DNA of 61,509 bases, filler included, from Choristocarpus tenellus KU-1152 (Eukaryota > Protista > Phaeophyceae), in assembly GCA_964200185.2 (NCBI GenBank). It is 14 parts of 14 records of this genome, joined end to end, with 100 filler letters (N's around TTAATTAATTAA, not from the genome) between each part and the next. Parts side by side here need not be neighbours in the genome. Positions count along the whole stretch, not along the records: positions 8,704 to 16,343 come from CAXNAD020005833.1; positions 16,444 to 19,756 come from CAXNAD020020875.1; positions 19,857 to 23,091 come from CAXNAD020021346.1; 11 more parts are not named here. One strand, 5' to 3'. Shown in pieces: positions 11,330 to 23,091 of the stretch. How positions within the stretch are numbered: the stretch's first letter is position 1; the number at the start of each line of letters is the position of its first letter. The notes under the pieces were generated by a model that was given only the letters and a program-made list of their open reading frames with translations, made no database searches and was not told where the DNA came from. The position numbers and the translations under genes are program-made.

Positions 11330-14075
11330 TCAACTGCAGAAGTAGATTTGGCGACCATTGAGAGGCATTGTGGGGCGGTTGGTGCCACCCTCCTCGCTCA
11401 CCTGACAAGATATAGGGGCAAATATTGCGATGTCACCATACACATTTGACTTCTCAACAAAAAAAATTTGTAGATCTTCAAAAAAATGTGGTTGTCAAAG
11501 ACAATCTTCCATGTGTTCTATACCGGAAGTCAGAGATTCAAGGGTAGAACCTCCCCCATACCCCACTTTAGCTCACCGTAGATCCAGGGTAGTGCTGAAC
11601 AGCATAGCGGAATGTTTTAAGCTGAGTCTCACTGATCTTAACGTAATCTCTCATCACAATCCATGTCACGATCTACACGGAACCATCATCCACCACATAA
11701 TTAAAGAACAGGGAACAAGGGGAACAACAAATCAACATCCTTGAATTAGAACTTGGAAAAATTTGGAATGGTTAAAATAAACGACGAATCAGTCTCATGT
11801 GCTCCACATGTATTCTTGAATCATTTGAAACATTAAGAAGTATTCTTCCTCAAATAGGCATTGTTTTTAAAATACTTCATTACCGGAAGAATTCTCACCT
11901 CTGAGCAGGGGGGTGTAGTCAGGCTGCCTTGATAAGTGTGGTAGGTTGGGCTTGCAGGTAACAGATCGTATGGGGACGACATAAATAATTAATCAGATGT
12001 ACCTTGGATGTGTGACCAGTACTTCTCGAGCTGGCAATACCAAAAGCAGATCATGAACAGGGGAATGAAGTTTAGTTTTAACCCGAACTCTGAATACACA
12101 GAAATGGTAGGTGACCGGGGCTATTTATTAATATACTGCAAGAGGCTCAAAGTATCAGTGGGGGGGGACTGGCAGCTGTCCATTCAGGACCCATTTTACA
12201 TGTTCGGATTTTTTGGTTACATGGCTTGCATGCATGGGATACATACGTAAGTGCACTTCTCCTAGTCAGGGCCAGAACGTACACCCTGATGTACATCCCC
12301 CCTCCCAGATACTTTGATCCTACACACAGTGGGAGAGGTTTATTGAGTGTCCTCCATTTGGAGGTCAAAACCCAATGTTGAGATTTTGACGTAATTTTTG
12401 CGATTGTGTTTGTATGGAAGTGTCAATATCTATGTTTTGGACACACCTTTTCATAACATACCCATTTCACCGACTCAAAAACATTTTGGAGTAGAACGAA
12501 CGAATCAACCTTCTTCTACGGTACATCTCACATTTAATTCAGATTTTTTACGGCCTTCACCCATATATTACCTCAGAATTGAAAAAGTCAGATGAAGCGT
12601 CAAATTTCACACCAACAACAAGAAGGTTCCCTGAGCCGTCTGTGTTAACATGTACCAGGTGCAGCTCTCCTGCCTCTTCTCCCCCTCCACTCTGTGATGG
12701 CAGCACATGGAATATGTGAAAGAATGTGTCAGCCAGAAGAGTGTGAATACTCAGTCCAACACAAGTGCAGCAAACAGGTGAGGAGTATTAGACTTTTTGC
12801 CTCACTCATTCCTTCGTTGTGAAAGGGTTGTTGCGGCCTGTTACTGGAATTTGCCCTCATCAGCAGACTTTGATCGCAAGGACTGCACATCATTCTGGAT
12901 ACATGCCTTCAGTGGTCTCTTGATAGGAGGCAAGTTCTGTTAACACTGAAATCTCCAGGATTCACCATACTGCTTATAATGCAAACAACTCGTTCACGAA
13001 CCAGCCCGCACCGTATGTTCCGATGTTGAGTGGACATGCATTTGGAGGAACTCGTAGGTATGTCCATGAAACTCCAACATAGACACGTAGTTCTCGTCAT
13101 CGATGCACAGCGTGAAGTCCACCTTTCAGATATCAGAGAGTTATACAAGCACTAGATGTGATTTCGGATGGGATGTCAACAACACTCGTACATCATCCAA
13201 ATGGTGCAAAAAGTCTTTGGAACCTGAATTCGACATTTGTCATAGCGATCATGTCAGAGTCATTGTGGCAGAAGCAAAGTTCGTCACGTCTCCCTTGAAA
13301 ATCCATACCTTCCAGCTGTGGTCAGTCTGCTTGAACCCTTGAAGGTTGGAAGGACAGCTCTTGGGTGAGAACTTCAGACCACACATGCTACTCTGTTGAT
13401 CGTAATTAAATGCATGTGCATAGGTTGTTCAGATCGTCAGTGATAGAGAGGTTGAGGGCGGATGACTTACAGAAGTCTCTTTGTCCAACTCCAACTCGAA
13501 GGCGCACCCTTAACAAAGAAAGCTGTTCACCATTCCTTTATCTGCAAGTGAGGCAACTTTTCGGATACACTTACGTCAGCATGAGTCACGTAGGCGGCCC
13601 CCAGGTTGATCGGGCTCTGTCTGTCACCAGCACAGGCCTCATACGCAAGATGCCAGTCCCTGCCCGTTGAGGAGTTACATCAAGGTCAAAAATGTTGGCG
13701 GGAAAACACAAAAGAATGAGTTGTTAAAGGCTTCAGTGTACGTGACTACAGCCTCCAAAAATCCACGCGATCATGCCGGGGATTCGAAAGCCTTCGCTAA
13801 AAAACCGTCGCTAGATCTTGTCTCCAGCGCAGATAGACCATGCATTATATCACTGCCTTTGAAGATACTACGTATGTGAGTCCACTTCAACCAGGATCCG
13901 AGGCTGGTACTCACGCTGGTTGCAAGGGTTCTGTACCATTCTTAGCGGTCTCCCTATACGTCCATGCAACTTCATCTGTAGCAAGCAGGCGCTTGACATC
14001 AGCATGACGACTCTCGTCCGCTGCAACAAATGCCAGACAAAATCCGGTTGCAACGAAACTTGTGCAAATCTTCAT
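11330..14075 (-). CDS. Secreted alpha-carbonic anhydrase, 8 exons, 286 codons plus terminal stop, with an in-frame TAA at codon 201 (possible pseudogene or nonsense allele)
   Basis: Exons 14075-13915, 13659-13575, 13392-13309, 13122-13012, 12691-12572, 12030-11899, 11672-11577, 11401-11330; all GT-AG and phase-compatible. Motifs: signal peptide MKICTSFVATGFCLAFVAA, WTY, C.G.RQSPINL, QMHVH.TSEHT and GELHLVH (three Zn-ligand His), YQGSLTTPPCSE, VTWIV, ISETQL..FR, NRPTMPLNGR. Confidence 0.95.
12144..12494. mobile_element. Full MITE family B copy (12144-12320) plus internal fragment of family A (about 12347-12494) in carbonic anhydrase intron 5
   Basis: ggctcaaagtatcag...cagatactttgatcc is homologous to the reverse complement of 48777-48954; the next segment matches the family A interior. 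Confidence 0.8.
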
Positions 14076-15087
14076 TATACTCTGATCCGTCAGGAGTAGA
14101 GAACTCGGTTAAGGCAACTTGATGCAAGGGAACGATGTCTGGGGCAAGCTGGTACTTTGAGCGAGGGACACGTGCGCGGTACGAAGTTGGGACTGAAAGA
14201 GAATTGTGGGTGTGGGTGAAAATAGAGTGCGTCGGTAGAAGAGTGTTTGTGTGGCTTTGGAGTAGGAAATGCACAAATAGAAGAGAAAACGACCACCATC
14301 CTACAAAAAAATAGATCGGAAATTTGAAACGTTGTATTTTGTTTTATGTAAGAGACCTGGATGACGTGTGGTCGGAATATAAAAAATCGAATACAGAAAA
14401 TCTTTACCAATACTACATTTCATATTGCAATATCTAGATGTTAGTTTACGAAAAACCAAGGAAGGTCCTTCCACTTCCTCACAAAAAAAACCCAACTTAA
14501 TCAAGAGTTGAAGTAAACATATTAAGTATAATTTCAACAAAAAGTAGAAGTTTAAGAATATGAAGAGTATTGTGAGAGAGAATATAGTATGCGGTAAGAT
14601 AAGTAAGCGACATAACCTTCTCAAGAATAAAAAAGAGTGTGGGGATGGTGGACAAAAGATAACGATTGGATGGTTCAAAAGCAGATTGAGTTATCAAGAA
14701 AGTTGACAAAATGAGTGGACAGAATAAATAACAAAGGGAAGGTTTTGAGAAGAAGAACTAAGAGGGTTGAGTAAACGCGTTGAAGTATCTCACAGTGCAT
14801 ATACATAGATATAATCAATGATGTGAGTTGGGAGAGTCTTATGTTTAGGACATTTTATATACATACATATAATTTTCATTGGTTTCCCCTGACACATCTG
14901 CAAAATGTCAGAGGGCATAATAATATGTAATATGTTGGTTTGTGATTGTCGACAGTACCTACCTATCAACAGGTTATTTACTTAATTCGCAGTATTAAAA
15001 GCATATATATGTAGAAATAATCATTCCACATTAACGAACGTGAACATATGGATGGTACATGATGCCAATAAACGTTCTGAAAACACA

Positions 15088-15165
15088 ATGTATGAGGGCA
15101 TAATAAAATATGTATGTATGAGGGCATAATAAAATATGTATGTATGAGGGCATAATAATAAAACA
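15088..15165. repeat. 26-bp minisatellite, about 3 copies
   Basis: Tandem tatgtatgtatgagggcataataaaa units; a related single copy lies near 14912. Confidence 0.8.
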
Positions 15166-16274
15166 TGTATTAACACATTTATTACTGGTTGACAATCCTA
15201 TTATGTACACCACCAACGGTGTCTATAGTGTATCTCTAATATATGTATAGGTTAATGGGAAAAGGAAGTAGGAAGCAACGACCAATCTTTCCGTCAGAGG
15301 ATAGCGGCAGTGTCATGCACCAAGTGTGAAGAAGGATACTGAGCAAGAGAAACGATATGACCAAGCTTCTTAGGTATTTGTGAGGGGAAATGACATTGTC
15401 GGGCATAATACCGTTGCGTTGGTGGTATCTGGTGGGAACTGGGCATTTGTGATGAAATTGACAAGAGTGGGGTAAATTGTAGTGTGGTATCTGGTCTAAT
15501 TCACGGTGGAAGTGTGGTAGTTAAGGACCGAGCGCGACGCTAGGGTTAGTACACAGGGTTAGATGCAAACGTTCGTGGTCGTGTCAAGGTGGATAGTGGT
15601 AGCAATTCTGGTCGCAAATGCTGATATTCGCGTGCATCCACGATAGAACAGACAGGCTACTGGACACAGTTTGGTAGTAACTGGTTGGATTCCCCGCAAA
15701 ATTCACAGTTCTGGGGGGAATCGGGTAAACAAGACCAGTTGTAAATTGTGCGACTACTGTCCCCGACATTGTTATCCGTGGCATCCGTGCTGAAATCAAA
15801 GTTTAAGGTTCATGGTTGGGCGGTACTTAGCTTGATTCTCTATAATAGTCATTATTACTGGATGCACTCATCTAGAGTCGTGATTAAGCGATCAGAAGTA
15901 GGCTATGCCGCTCCGTTCACAAACTTGAATACTCCTTGGCGCAGGTGGTGAAATTGACAAATAGGGCCAGTTGTAGGGTCATTCTTGATTTGATAACCGT
16001 GAAAGTCATAATCAGGGGGTATATCGGGTCTACGTTTATAGTTATCGATCGTACCGCTCCTATCACAAACATTATTGTCCCACTGGAATTCGAGATGAAA
16101 ATGAAGGTGAGGACCTTGTTGTAGGGTGATACTTAGTATGATGATTTGCGCGGGTACTAATAGAATTGGTAACTTGGCATGAATACACTTGTCCATTGTC
16201 CTACTTAGACGATCACTCGTAGTTTTATGCGTAGGCCACAAAGTGATTAAGTCAAAAAGTTAGGTCTCATAGTT

Positions 16275-16513
16275 TAGTGAAACTATCTTAGAGGGTACGA
16301 ATTTTTCCCTGTTTGTCCATTTGTGGGGCTTGACTTCCCATGGNNNNNNNNNNNNNNNNNNNNNNNNNNNNNNNNNNNNNNNNNNNNTTAATTAATTAAN
16401 NNNNNNNNNNNNNNNNNNNNNNNNNNNNNNNNNNNNNNNNNNNAACCCTTGAGAAGCCAAGCCCCAAATGGACAAAAAGGGCAAAATTCGTACCCTCCAA
16501 GATACTTTCACTC
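16275..16513. mobile_element. Two MITE family A ends, one on each side of a linker (16275-16343 and 16444-16513)
   Basis: Both carry the same (GAGTG-type) end of the element in opposite orientation, so they are different copies. Confidence 0.85.
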
Positions 16514-17132
16514 CGAACGACTTGTACCTGCAAGAAGAGAATGACCATGAAGGACGTCAACGAGAACGATGCGCAGGTAATGATGAGGAAAGGGTCGCCA
16601 CTGCAGAAAATATTCATGGAACGATTGTCGTAGTTCAGAAAAGACAAGAGCGCACATACACAGGAAACACACACTGTTCGTAGAATTTTTACAATACTAC
16701 GAAGGGTTCTTCGTTCGACACAACAATGGCTGACTTCACTCTTCATCGTAGGAGACACTTATTGAACGTTCCTATGCAATGTGCTGTGACTTGCACACAT
16801 TGCGCTTACTGCTGTCTACACGATAAAACACAGTGGCGGTTTGACTTGCCTAGCAAGCAGATGGATGCATAGCCCCTGCTTTAGAGAAGTGAAGCCGGCA
16901 AACTTCTCGCGACTCAGATAGTTCAGTGTGACTGCGTTGCGGCCGACCTGTGGTGGCGAGGTCTCACACACTTCCTTCAATACCTCGAAGGACTCTGGTC
17001 GAAGGGACTTTACGCCTTGCTGCCAGTTTCGTAGAGTTGTTTTAGCCGGGGGAGGAACGCCCACCTTCGTGATGGGCAGAAAACGGAAAATATTATGCAC
17101 CCAGCCAGTCAGGATAAGGCATCGTTATTACC

Positions 17133-19756
17133 TATGCAAAAGAGAGCTATTCCAATAGAGTCTTTGCTTTATGTTGTATGGATTTATTTATTAGCGGAGT
17201 GAGCATAGCCCTTGGTGGTGGGGTGCTCTTCCTTATATTATTATCTATTGTGCACGTCATCCGACACGTCAAAATGTGTCTGTGTCAGTCGCACTATGTC
17301 AGCCACTTATGTTGAACAAAATAAGAAATCAATCCATCGAGACTCAAACCTGCAACTCGAAACACACTAAATCACATCCTTGACCCTTACACTACTCAGT
17401 CAATACTTCTGATCTATTTTACTGTTCACTAAAGGTATAACTCCCTATAGACTGCCTAGCCTATATTGCACACTCCCCCATGAGCGTGCAGCAAAGTTGC
17501 TGACTAAAGCTCACTTTCGACGTGAAAGCACTGAATGCAGAAAATCAGAAATAAAACTCTTGCGTGAAGACTTGGTTAACACGTCTGCCAATTGCTTGTG
17601 TGTTGGAATATACTCGATGTGAAATATTCCTTGATCTCCACACTCTCTGGTACACTTCAACTTCATATCTACGTGTTTAGTCCTGCCATTGAAGCCTGTG
17701 ATGCTTCCCGCCTGAATAGCACCACGGTTGTCACAGAACCAGGGAGTCTGGTCCTGTAGTGTGCCTATCTCCCCCAGAATGCCTCTAATGAAAATGCAGT
17801 GGCGCATGCCATATGCTATTGCTGTCCACTCTGCTTCCGAGCTGAAGAGGGTGATTGCGCCTTGAAGTTTGGATCGCCAGGCAATCGGCGACTTGTTGAA
17901 TAGTAGCAAGTAGCCTGTGACACTTCTGCGTGTTTGGGAGTCTGTGCCCCAGTCAGAATCTCCATAACCCACCAGGAGTTCTTCGTCCCTCTCGTTCATA
18001 TCTTTATCCGCTCGATCATAATGAATGCAGACATCCAATGTCCCTGCTACGTAGCGCAGAACGTGCTGTAGTCCGCGCCAGTGTCGCATGCATGGAGATG
18101 CTGCTCTATGCCCCAGTTCACGTATACTGTTAGCCAGATCTGGTCGAGTCATGCCTGCTAAGAACATAAGTTTCCTAAGAATACTGGCATAGGGGTATAT
18201 GATGGGATCTAGCTCCTCCCCAGCCATAACAATGCTTTTAGCGTACATTTGTTGATCCAAGGTGATTCCATCTTCACCCACAGTGATGCCCACCCCAATC
18301 AGCTTGTCAGGCGTACCTAGGTCCCGCCCCTCGTACTTTTCCAGCAGTGATGCCCTCATCCTCTGGATTTCTTCAGTGAAGACCCCAGTGGTGAAAGTGT
18401 CGTCCACATAGGTCGTGAGAATAGCAATGCCTCCATCTTCACTCTTCTTGAAGTAGAGGCACTCGTCATGTTGACTGCTTGTCCATCCTTCTGATATAAT
18501 GGTACTGCGTAGTTTATGGTACCATTCCATTGCTGACTGCTTCAGCCCATAATTGCCTTCTCTGCCTTGACTGTGCAACAATCAGGAAGCTCCAACCAGA
18601 TGTCCTCCTGCAGATCAGCGTTGAGGTAGGCCTGTGTAAAGTCCAGGGCGTCTATGCTCCAACCTCGGTACGCTGCAACTGATACGATGCATTGTAGTGT
18701 GTCATATCCCACCACCGGGCTGAAGGCTTCAAAGAAGTCCACTCCTGCATTTTGGGTGAACCCACGGGCCACAAGTCTAGCCTTATATCTTTCCACTGAC
18801 CAGTCTGCTGAGCGCTTGATCTTGAAGACAAACCATGTCTTGATAGCTTTCCTCCCTTGGGGCAGGGCCTTGTCACTAAAAGTCCCTTTTTTCCATAACC
18901 CTGACATTTCCTTCTCCATTGCCTCTTGCCACTGCTCTGCATCAGGCCCATTCAAGGCCGCCTTTGTTGTGGATGGCTCGTCTGAACCTGTTGTTCCTTC
19001 CCCCATGAGACCCATAAAGCAGTACACTTCTTCGTTGTTCTGCTGCATAAGGGTTGATACAAAGTGGTTCATTTCCATTTCCTCATCCTCTTCCTGGGCA
19101 CACATTTGACATGTGTGGGCCATCCGCCGGCACTGCTCCAGCCTGGCAGATTTCCGCCTCTCAGAGTGTGGGGTCAAGCGTTTGGTTGCCATTTGTGCAG
19201 CCCTATCCATGCGTTGGCGTTGTCCCATCCTGGGAATTTCTTGACTGTGTGGGGAAGCTGGGCGCTTTGCATTTTGAGCCCCACGCCCAATATTTGGGCT
19301 CTCACCCCCAGTCATGTATGCCTCACTCCCTGTTGTAGAAGCCTCTTCTACGTTTTGTATATCCAAATTTATGTCTTCATCAAATTCTGATTCCTCCTCT
19401 ATGTCCAGCTCTGGCTCCACCACTAGCTCCAGCAGTTTGACTTCAGGCTGGAAAGTCACCTGTGCTGAGGTCACGAGCTTGTCTTCCTACACGTTCCAGC
19501 ATAATGATGCCCTGTCGAGCCCCGCCTTGATGTAGTGTCATTGCCCCCAGTCTGAGTCTCCATACCTGACCAGGCCTCCATTGTCCATTGTTTCTTTTGT
19601 TGAAGTAGCACTTACTCCCCCAGGCTTGAAGCCTGTCATAATTGAATGTCTTGTACATCCTCTTGTTGAGTGAAGTCCAGTGCCACCAACCTGGCCTTGA
19701 ACTGTTCAGTGGTCCCCTCAGCTGTTGGCTTTGTCTTAAATTAAGATTTAGTCTTG
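17133..19756 (-). mobile_element. Ty1/copia LTR retrotransposon, 3' half (RT, RNase H, PPT, 3' LTR), degenerate
   Basis: RT motifs YKARLVARGFTQ, LDFTQAYLN, YGLKQS, TYVDD; RNase H motifs DSDW, SSEAEW, DNRGA, QLADVLTK; frameshift near 18560. PPT gggggag (17479-17473) abuts an LTR starting TGTGCAATA at 17472; the LTR spans 17133-17472. Confidence 0.95.
17511..19474 (-). pseudogene. Copia pol (reverse transcriptase-RNase H), frameshifted
   Basis: ORFs 18542-19474 and 17511-18581 overlap in different frames and join into a continuous RT-RH; there is an apparent internal deletion near AGEELDP. Confidence 0.92.
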
Positions 19757-19856
19757 NNNNNNNNNNNNNNNNNNNNNNNNNNNNNNNNNNNNNNNNNNNN
19801 TTAATTAATTAANNNNNNNNNNNNNNNNNNNNNNNNNNNNNNNNNNNNNNNNNNNN

Positions 19857-19969
19857 GGATAAAGTGTCGATATGTTTTTTTTTAATTGTCTGGGATAAAA
19901 AAATGCATATCGACACTTTATCCCAGTCAATTTTGGATCAAGCCCATCCTCAATTTTTGAAATCGGCTG
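19857..19969. mobile_element. Foldback MITE family D fragment
   Basis: ggataaagtgtcgatatg...catatcgacactttatcc palindrome ending tgaaatcggctg|tta; homologous to 23010-23091 and 32325-32477. Confidence 0.8.
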
Positions 19970-20032
19970 TTATCAGTAGACTCCTGGTCACCCCTTCATG
20001 ACGTAAAAACCACCAACATGCATTTGAAATGA

Positions 20033-20274
20033 GAACCAAATTAATTGAGAGGTAGGCAGGGTTGTATTCTAAGGATCCCGAATACGCAATTTTGTACAAA
20101 TGGAGAATCTTTGCGTAATTATGGTATCATTTTGTGTGTGGAGAGGGGGGATATCCATTTTGCGTACACTATTGTGCAGATAAAGCAATGAAATAGAGTG
20201 GGTTGTACAGGGTAGGAAAGATGGATTGGAATGCAAAAGGGTCAAACCCGCATACATCTCAATTGGTTTGGCTC
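20033..20274. mobile_element. MITE family E, full copy (second partial copy at about 22073-22163)
   Basis: TIRs gaaccaaattaattgagaggtaggcagg / cccgcatacatctcaattggtttggctc, flanked by tga/tga; about 90 bp is repeated at 22073-22163. Confidence 0.7.
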
Positions 20275-22179
20275 TGAAAGACAGGCTCTGTAAGTGGATA
20301 GTGGCTGACGGGGAGAGAAAGGAGGGGTATATGCCTTACAGGATTTGAGAGTCTCCTGGGTATGGAATAACAGGCCAACCATACATCGTTTGGCATCGGT
20401 GAGGTCCTTAGGTCCACTTAACATTTTGTGACGATAAGATCAAATTTATGGAAATGTATTTCAATTATCGAACCATGCAATCCCCTCGTCTTGTGTAGTT
20501 TTGAGACCATGAAAGTTGAATGTAGTTGATGGTGAATGTTTTTCACAGAACACGAAAAACTAAACAAAAAATATATACTTCAAAATAACTTTTTATAACC
20601 CCAGGAACTCTATTGAGTCGAAGGGTGCAAGAAACATTAACTTTATTCGGTGGGCTTGGGGAAATGGAGAGTGCGGTACGAGTTTGAGAGAGATTTGCAG
20701 ACCTCCCATATGTGTGAGAATATATTGACTGATCGAAATGTTTTCATCACAATCTCGAATACTCTTCCACTCACTGTAAAACAAACCAACTCCATCGAAT
20801 AGTTTACCGAATTACAAATTCGCCCAAATGGCGTCAACACAAGAAAACAGACACAAGGACCCCGAAATGGACAATAACACCCCCCTCTAGGACACTGCTG
20901 GTAGTTAACTGGACCAAGCCGGTCAATATGGCTTCGGTCGACCCCCGAATTGTCCCAATTAGATGTACGAGTTTGCATGTTTTAGTATCCCTTCAGTTGA
21001 ATACTCTCTCGCCATAGTATTAAATAACCACGATTTAACCAGATGTAGTTTGTAATTTTTTTTCAATGGTGCCGCAAGCCTCCCCCCAGCCCAGTCTGGT
21101 TACTCTCTTTGATGACCCTGGACCGACCATGTAAAACCATGTTTCACTGGGTTCGGGCGGAGGTCAGTCTGGATTAAATCTGACCGTCTTAGTTTAAATA
21201 TATTTTACTTAACTGGGTCCGATGCACGGTCTGGTCCAGTTGAGATCTCTGGCTGTTCGTGATATTAAAACATACTTGCCAGGGCCAGCTGTAACCTAGT
21301 CCGGTCCCCTTTACCCATCCCAGTTAAAAACCCTGGCCCATAGATTTGCAAAGTATTCCAGAAAACATTAATAAAAATGTACTAAGCAGTAATATAAAAG
21401 TACCTTCATATAATTACTGAAGGTAGCTGTGAAGTGGATATTGACAAAGAAGCAGGGAACTTTTTTAATAATCGCATAGTGAAAGGAGGTTGGCTATGGT
21501 GCACATTTTGATACATTTAATGCAGGAATCACCTTCGCTTACACTCCATGCTATCTGGCCTACTTGAGTGCAGTTCAAAGACACATTATTCAGAAGAGGT
21601 TGGTTTACACGTCTTACATTTTCCCCTCGAAGTTCATACTTATCCAAGGGGTAGTACAAAATGCCCCGAGTTCATATTTCTGTAATATGACAATATGATG
21701 CAAACCAAAAAAGAAAGCAGCCGTCAGACTTTCAAGCAATTCCGTACGACTACTAACAGCATACTCGAAGATACATCCGCTATGTATGGCTAAATTGCAC
21801 GCACATCCAACGCACGTCCTTTTTGCTTTCAAGTGTGGGGTTTTGCTTCAGCTTTGTGACAAGGCTGGGTCTAATATGATAATGCGATCAGCTATGCACT
21901 TCAGCTATGGCAATAGAGGTAGTAGTACTAGTAGTCGCAGAGAAGCGTACACATTTCTTTTTACTGTTGGATTTGAGTTTCTGCTATTATTACAGAGTCT
22001 TTGCTCAATTTTGTTGTTTTTTTCTGTGTATGAAGGGCAAATATCAATTTGCGTACTCTATGTGCACATACAGCAATGGAATAGAGTGCATTGCACAGGG
22101 TAAGAACGATGGATTGGAATGCAATAGAGTCCAAACTTGCCTACCTCTCAATTGGTTTGGCTCATATCCCGTGAGCTAG

Positions 22180-22979
22180 AGTCGTCTTGCCTGGAGTTTC
22201 AGCTCTCCTTCTGCTACCCTCCAGGTAAGGGTCACAAAGGTCCTATGAAGAGGATATCATTTGGGTTGGAATAGCACAGAATAAGAGGGTCTCTACGTTT
22301 GTTCAGATTCTAACTTATGTTGTACAGATGTATTGTAATGTAGTCAAGTTTCTTGTAAGAAAATATATGGGGATCTATCTCTAGGGGAACAGCATCACTC
22401 TGCACATATATTCTAAACTGTTTATATATTCCCCCAAATATAGTTCAGGGGGGGGGATTTTGGAAAAAATACCCAGACCCTAGTGCAAGAAATGTATCGA
22501 TACGGAAGGAAGGGTGAAACTACAATGTCATGATCCTGTCCAAATTTCCTGATTAAAACAATGCATAAAGATCAGTTGACCAAATTCTCTCAAACACATT
22601 GCTTGATTCGTATTGCTAAGTCACAATCTTCGAGGGTCAGCTGCTGAAGCTCAATTAGGCACACGGCCCTCTTCACCAAGTAATAGTGAAACTATCTCTC
22701 AGGTCAAAGGTTAGAATCAGGCTGACAGGTGATCATACTCTACAAGGGAAGTGATGCCTCATCTAAGACCCTCATTTTGCAGAAGTCTTAAGCTTCACAA
22801 GGCATACACACTGACCAACAAGTTCTCCCGAGTATTCCAAAAGCAGCTGTTCATCCGAAACTATCCAATTGCATTATAACTGTCGATATGTATTGCGTAG
22901 GCAAACCGTTATTCTCAATGACATATGCGATTCAATGGTCCCTCGTGAACATGATCCCATCCTTCTGTCTTCTCTTCAG
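22180..22979 (+). CDS. Two putative internal exons (22180-22224, 22901-22979) of an unknown protein
   Basis: ctag|A GTC...TCC AG|gtaagg and gcgtag|G CAA...CAG|gtatgt are phase-compatible: VVLPGVSALLLLPSRQTVILNDICDSMVPREHDPILLSSLQ. Confidence 0.45.
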
Positions 22980-23009
22980 GTATGTGAGTTGAAGAATGTG
23001 CAGATAGTA

Positions 23010-23091
23010 CATATCGACACTTTATCCCAGTCAATTTTGGATCAAGCCCATCCTCAATGAAAAGCTCCATCGTCAATTTTTCAAATCGGCT
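23010..23091. mobile_element. Foldback MITE family D arm at contig end
   Basis: Near-identical to about 32400-32476. Confidence 0.8.

Noticed and set aside
12659-12777. Plus-strand exon with AG/GT boundaries
   Set aside because: Overlaps antisense to carbonic anhydrase exon 5 (GELHLVH), which is far better supported.
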